Origin: Planctomycetota bacterium
Lineage (GTDB): Bacteria > Planctomycetota > SZUA-567 > H5-PLA8
DNA: 17,627 nt
Direction: 5' to 3'
Assembly: GCA_045863855.1 (NCBI GenBank)
Contig: BTVV01000127.1
Coordinates: 1 to 17,627, forward strand
The stretch's first letter is position 1; each line of letters begins with the position of its first letter. The notes beneath the pieces were generated by a model. It saw only the letters and a list, made by a program, of their open reading frames with translations, was not told the origin of the DNA and ran no database searches. This document shows, piece after piece, positions 16,205-17,627 of the stretch. Made by a program: the position numbers and the translations under genes.

Positions 16205-17284
16205 ATGCTTCGTTTGGCGGCACGCTGCGCTTCGATCGTGCTGCTGGCCGGTGGCTTGGCATGCGCGCAGGACGTTCAGGAAGAGCTTACGCCCGCCGCG
16301 CGCGAGACGATCAAAAAAGGCGTCGAGTGGATCCTGCGCGCGCAGAACGCGGACGGTTCGTGGGGGCTCGACGCGAAAAGCGCTCCGGATATCACCTGCA
16401 CGGCTTTGTGCGGCCTGGTGCTGCTCGCGGCGGGCGAGACCGAGCGCGAGGGCAGCGATGCGCGGGCGGTGCGTGCGCTGCGCAAGGCCGCCGAGTACAT
16501 CCTGAAGCGCGCGCGCAAAGCGCCCAACGATATCTCGTTCGGCGAAACGACGCTCATTCAGGGCAAGCTGGGCGCGACCGTCCACAACGGCTTCGCCGTG
16601 GTTTTTCTCACGCAACTTTACGGAATGCGTCCGGGCGATACGGCCGAAACGAACCTCGAGATGATCCCGTCGATCCAGAAGCTGACGGACTTCATCGCCA
16701 AGTCGCAGGAAGCCGACGGGAGCTGGCACAAGCAGACCTTCGGGAGCTTGAAGGCGACGTGCATGTCCTGGTTGGCGCTGCGCAGCGCGGCGAGCGCCGG
16801 GCTTTCGATCAAGCATGCGGCGGTGCAGAAGACGGTAAAGTTCATCAAAGACCAGCACAACCCCAGCACCAAACTGTATGACGGCGGCGCGCAGGCGCAG
16901 TACGGAGGCGGTTACCAGTCGCTGTACTCCACGGCGAGCTGCATCCGCGTGCTGGTGGGGATGGGCGCGGGCGGCGAGGAACGTACGCTGGACGCCATGG
17001 ACGCGTTCATCGAACAGTGCAAGAACGGGCAGTGGAAGCAGATCTTTCTGACGGTGGAAGGCGAGGACTACCTGGCCGCTTCGATGATGTCACAGGCGCT
17101 GATCGGCGAAGACGGTCCGCGCTGGCGCAAATGGTTTCCCTTCATTCGGGATCAGTTGATGCGGCGGCAAAACACGGACGGAAGCTGGACGACGACGGCC
17201 TGCATCAGCGGGAAAACCTTCGCGACGGCGAATGCGGTATTGACGCTCCAGACGCCGTACCGGTTGCTGCCGCTGCAGCAGTGA
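16205..17284 (+). CDS. Exported prenyltransferase/squalene oxidase repeat protein, paralog 2 (359 aa; start reassigned from 16016 to ATG 16205)
   Basis: ATG 16205 follows AGGA (16191) and starts a signal peptide (MLRLAARCASIVLLAGGLACA). QW motifs WILRAQNADGSWG, IAKSQEADGSW and LMRRQNTDGSW. It aligns by eye along the full length of paralog 1. Confidence 0.85.
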   Translation: MLRLAARCASIVLLAGGLACAQDVQEELTPAARETIKKGVEWILRAQNADGSWGLDAKSAPDITCTALCGLVLLAAGETEREGSDARAVRALRKAAEYILKRARKAPNDISFGETTLIQGKLGATVHNGFAVVFLTQLYGMRPGDTAETNLEMIPSIQKLTDFIAKSQEADGSWHKQTFGSLKATCMSWLALRSAASAGLSIKHAAVQKTVKFIKDQHNPSTKLYDGGAQAQYGGGYQSLYSTASCIRVLVGMGAGGEERTLDAMDAFIEQCKNGQWKQIFLTVEGEDYLAASMMSQALIGEDGPRWRKWFPFIRDQLMRRQNTDGSWTTTACISGKTFATANAVLTLQTPYRLLPLQQ

Positions 17285-17294
17285 GGTCCTCACC

Positions 17295-17322
17295 TTGCGG
17301 ATTACGGATTGCGGATTGCGGA
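17295..17322 (+). repeat. Heptamer tandem repeat (TTRCGGA)x4
   Basis: TTGCGGA TTACGGA TTGCGGA TTGCGGA read directly from the sequence. Confidence 0.85.
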
Positions 17323-17627
17323 TCGCGCCACACTTGCTTGGTTCGGTGTTGGGGCTGCTTGCGGTGTTGCTCTCGGCTGAGGGTAGCGCCGAAGAGGGTG
17401 GGCTGACTGGGCGCCTCGACGCGGGGATCGCCAAGGCTCTGGCGGCGCTTATCGCCAAACAGTCCGCGACCGGCGGATTCCACAGCGAGACCTACGGGGT
17501 GCTCAAGCCGGGCGCGGCGACGACGGCGTTTGTGGTGGAGACGCTCAGCCGCCTGCCGGAGGCCCAGCGCGCGGCGCACTCGCAGGCGTTGGAGATCGTC
17601 GAGCATAACGTCGCCAACGCCAGCACG
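17295..17627 (+). CDS. Third exported prenyltransferase/squalene oxidase repeat-like protein (3'-truncated; absent from ORF track)
   Basis: TTG 17295 follows a GAGGT SD overlapping the previous stop, and the frame is open to the window end. It reads MRITDCGLRIAPHLLGSVLGLLAVLLSAEGSA-EEGGLTGRLDAGIAKALAALIAKQSATGGFHSETYG..., i.e. a signal peptide plus a degenerate QW motif at the same relative position as in paralogs 1 and 2. Confidence 0.65.
   Translation, partial: MRITDCGLRIAPHLLGSVLGLLAVLLSAEGSAEEGGLTGRLDAGIAKALAALIAKQSATGGFHSETYGVLKPGAATTAFVVETLSRLPEAQRAAHSQALEIVEHNVANAST

Noticed and set aside
15093..17284. Annotation as squalene-hopene cyclase (shc)
   Set aside because: Each protein is only ~360 aa (a single barrel), is exported, and lacks the DXDD protonation motif.
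1..17627. CRISPR array, tRNA/rRNA, transposase, integrase or defence genes
   Set aside because: I saw no repeat-spacer periodicity, cloverleaf, rRNA-like segment or relevant catalytic motifs by eye. A covariance-model search would be needed to exclude small RNAs.

Overview
High-GC bacterial window, probably PVC superphylum/Planctomycetota (inferred from the gene families, not proven). It opens with the 3' ~3.7 kb of rpoC and a strong intrinsic terminator. Next come a secreted GH123/DUF4091-like glycoside hydrolase (+) and a ~166-bp MITE-like inverted-repeat element. A minus-strand run follows, in transcription order: a Zn-finger/basic-linker/TM protein, an atypical cysteine-free LptD with a long C-terminal tail, a small two-TM protein and a heparinase II/III-like lyase. 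Divergently on the plus strand lie a HEAT + STN/NolW-repeat protein lacking a secretin barrel and three tandem exported prenyltransferase/squalene-oxidase-repeat ((alpha/alpha)-barrel, QW-motif) proteins. The third of these is truncated by the window end and missing from the ORF track. The most notable non-obvious signals are (i) a TTAC[C/G]-N6-TTAC[C/G] direct repeat recurring at the 5' ends of three envelope-related units (candidate OmpR/PhoB-type regulon), (ii) the MITE-like hairpin, and (iii) a 7-bp tandem repeat at the start of the third barrel gene. I saw no rRNA, tRNA, CRISPR array or transposase. All family calls are by-eye motif recognition, not database searches.
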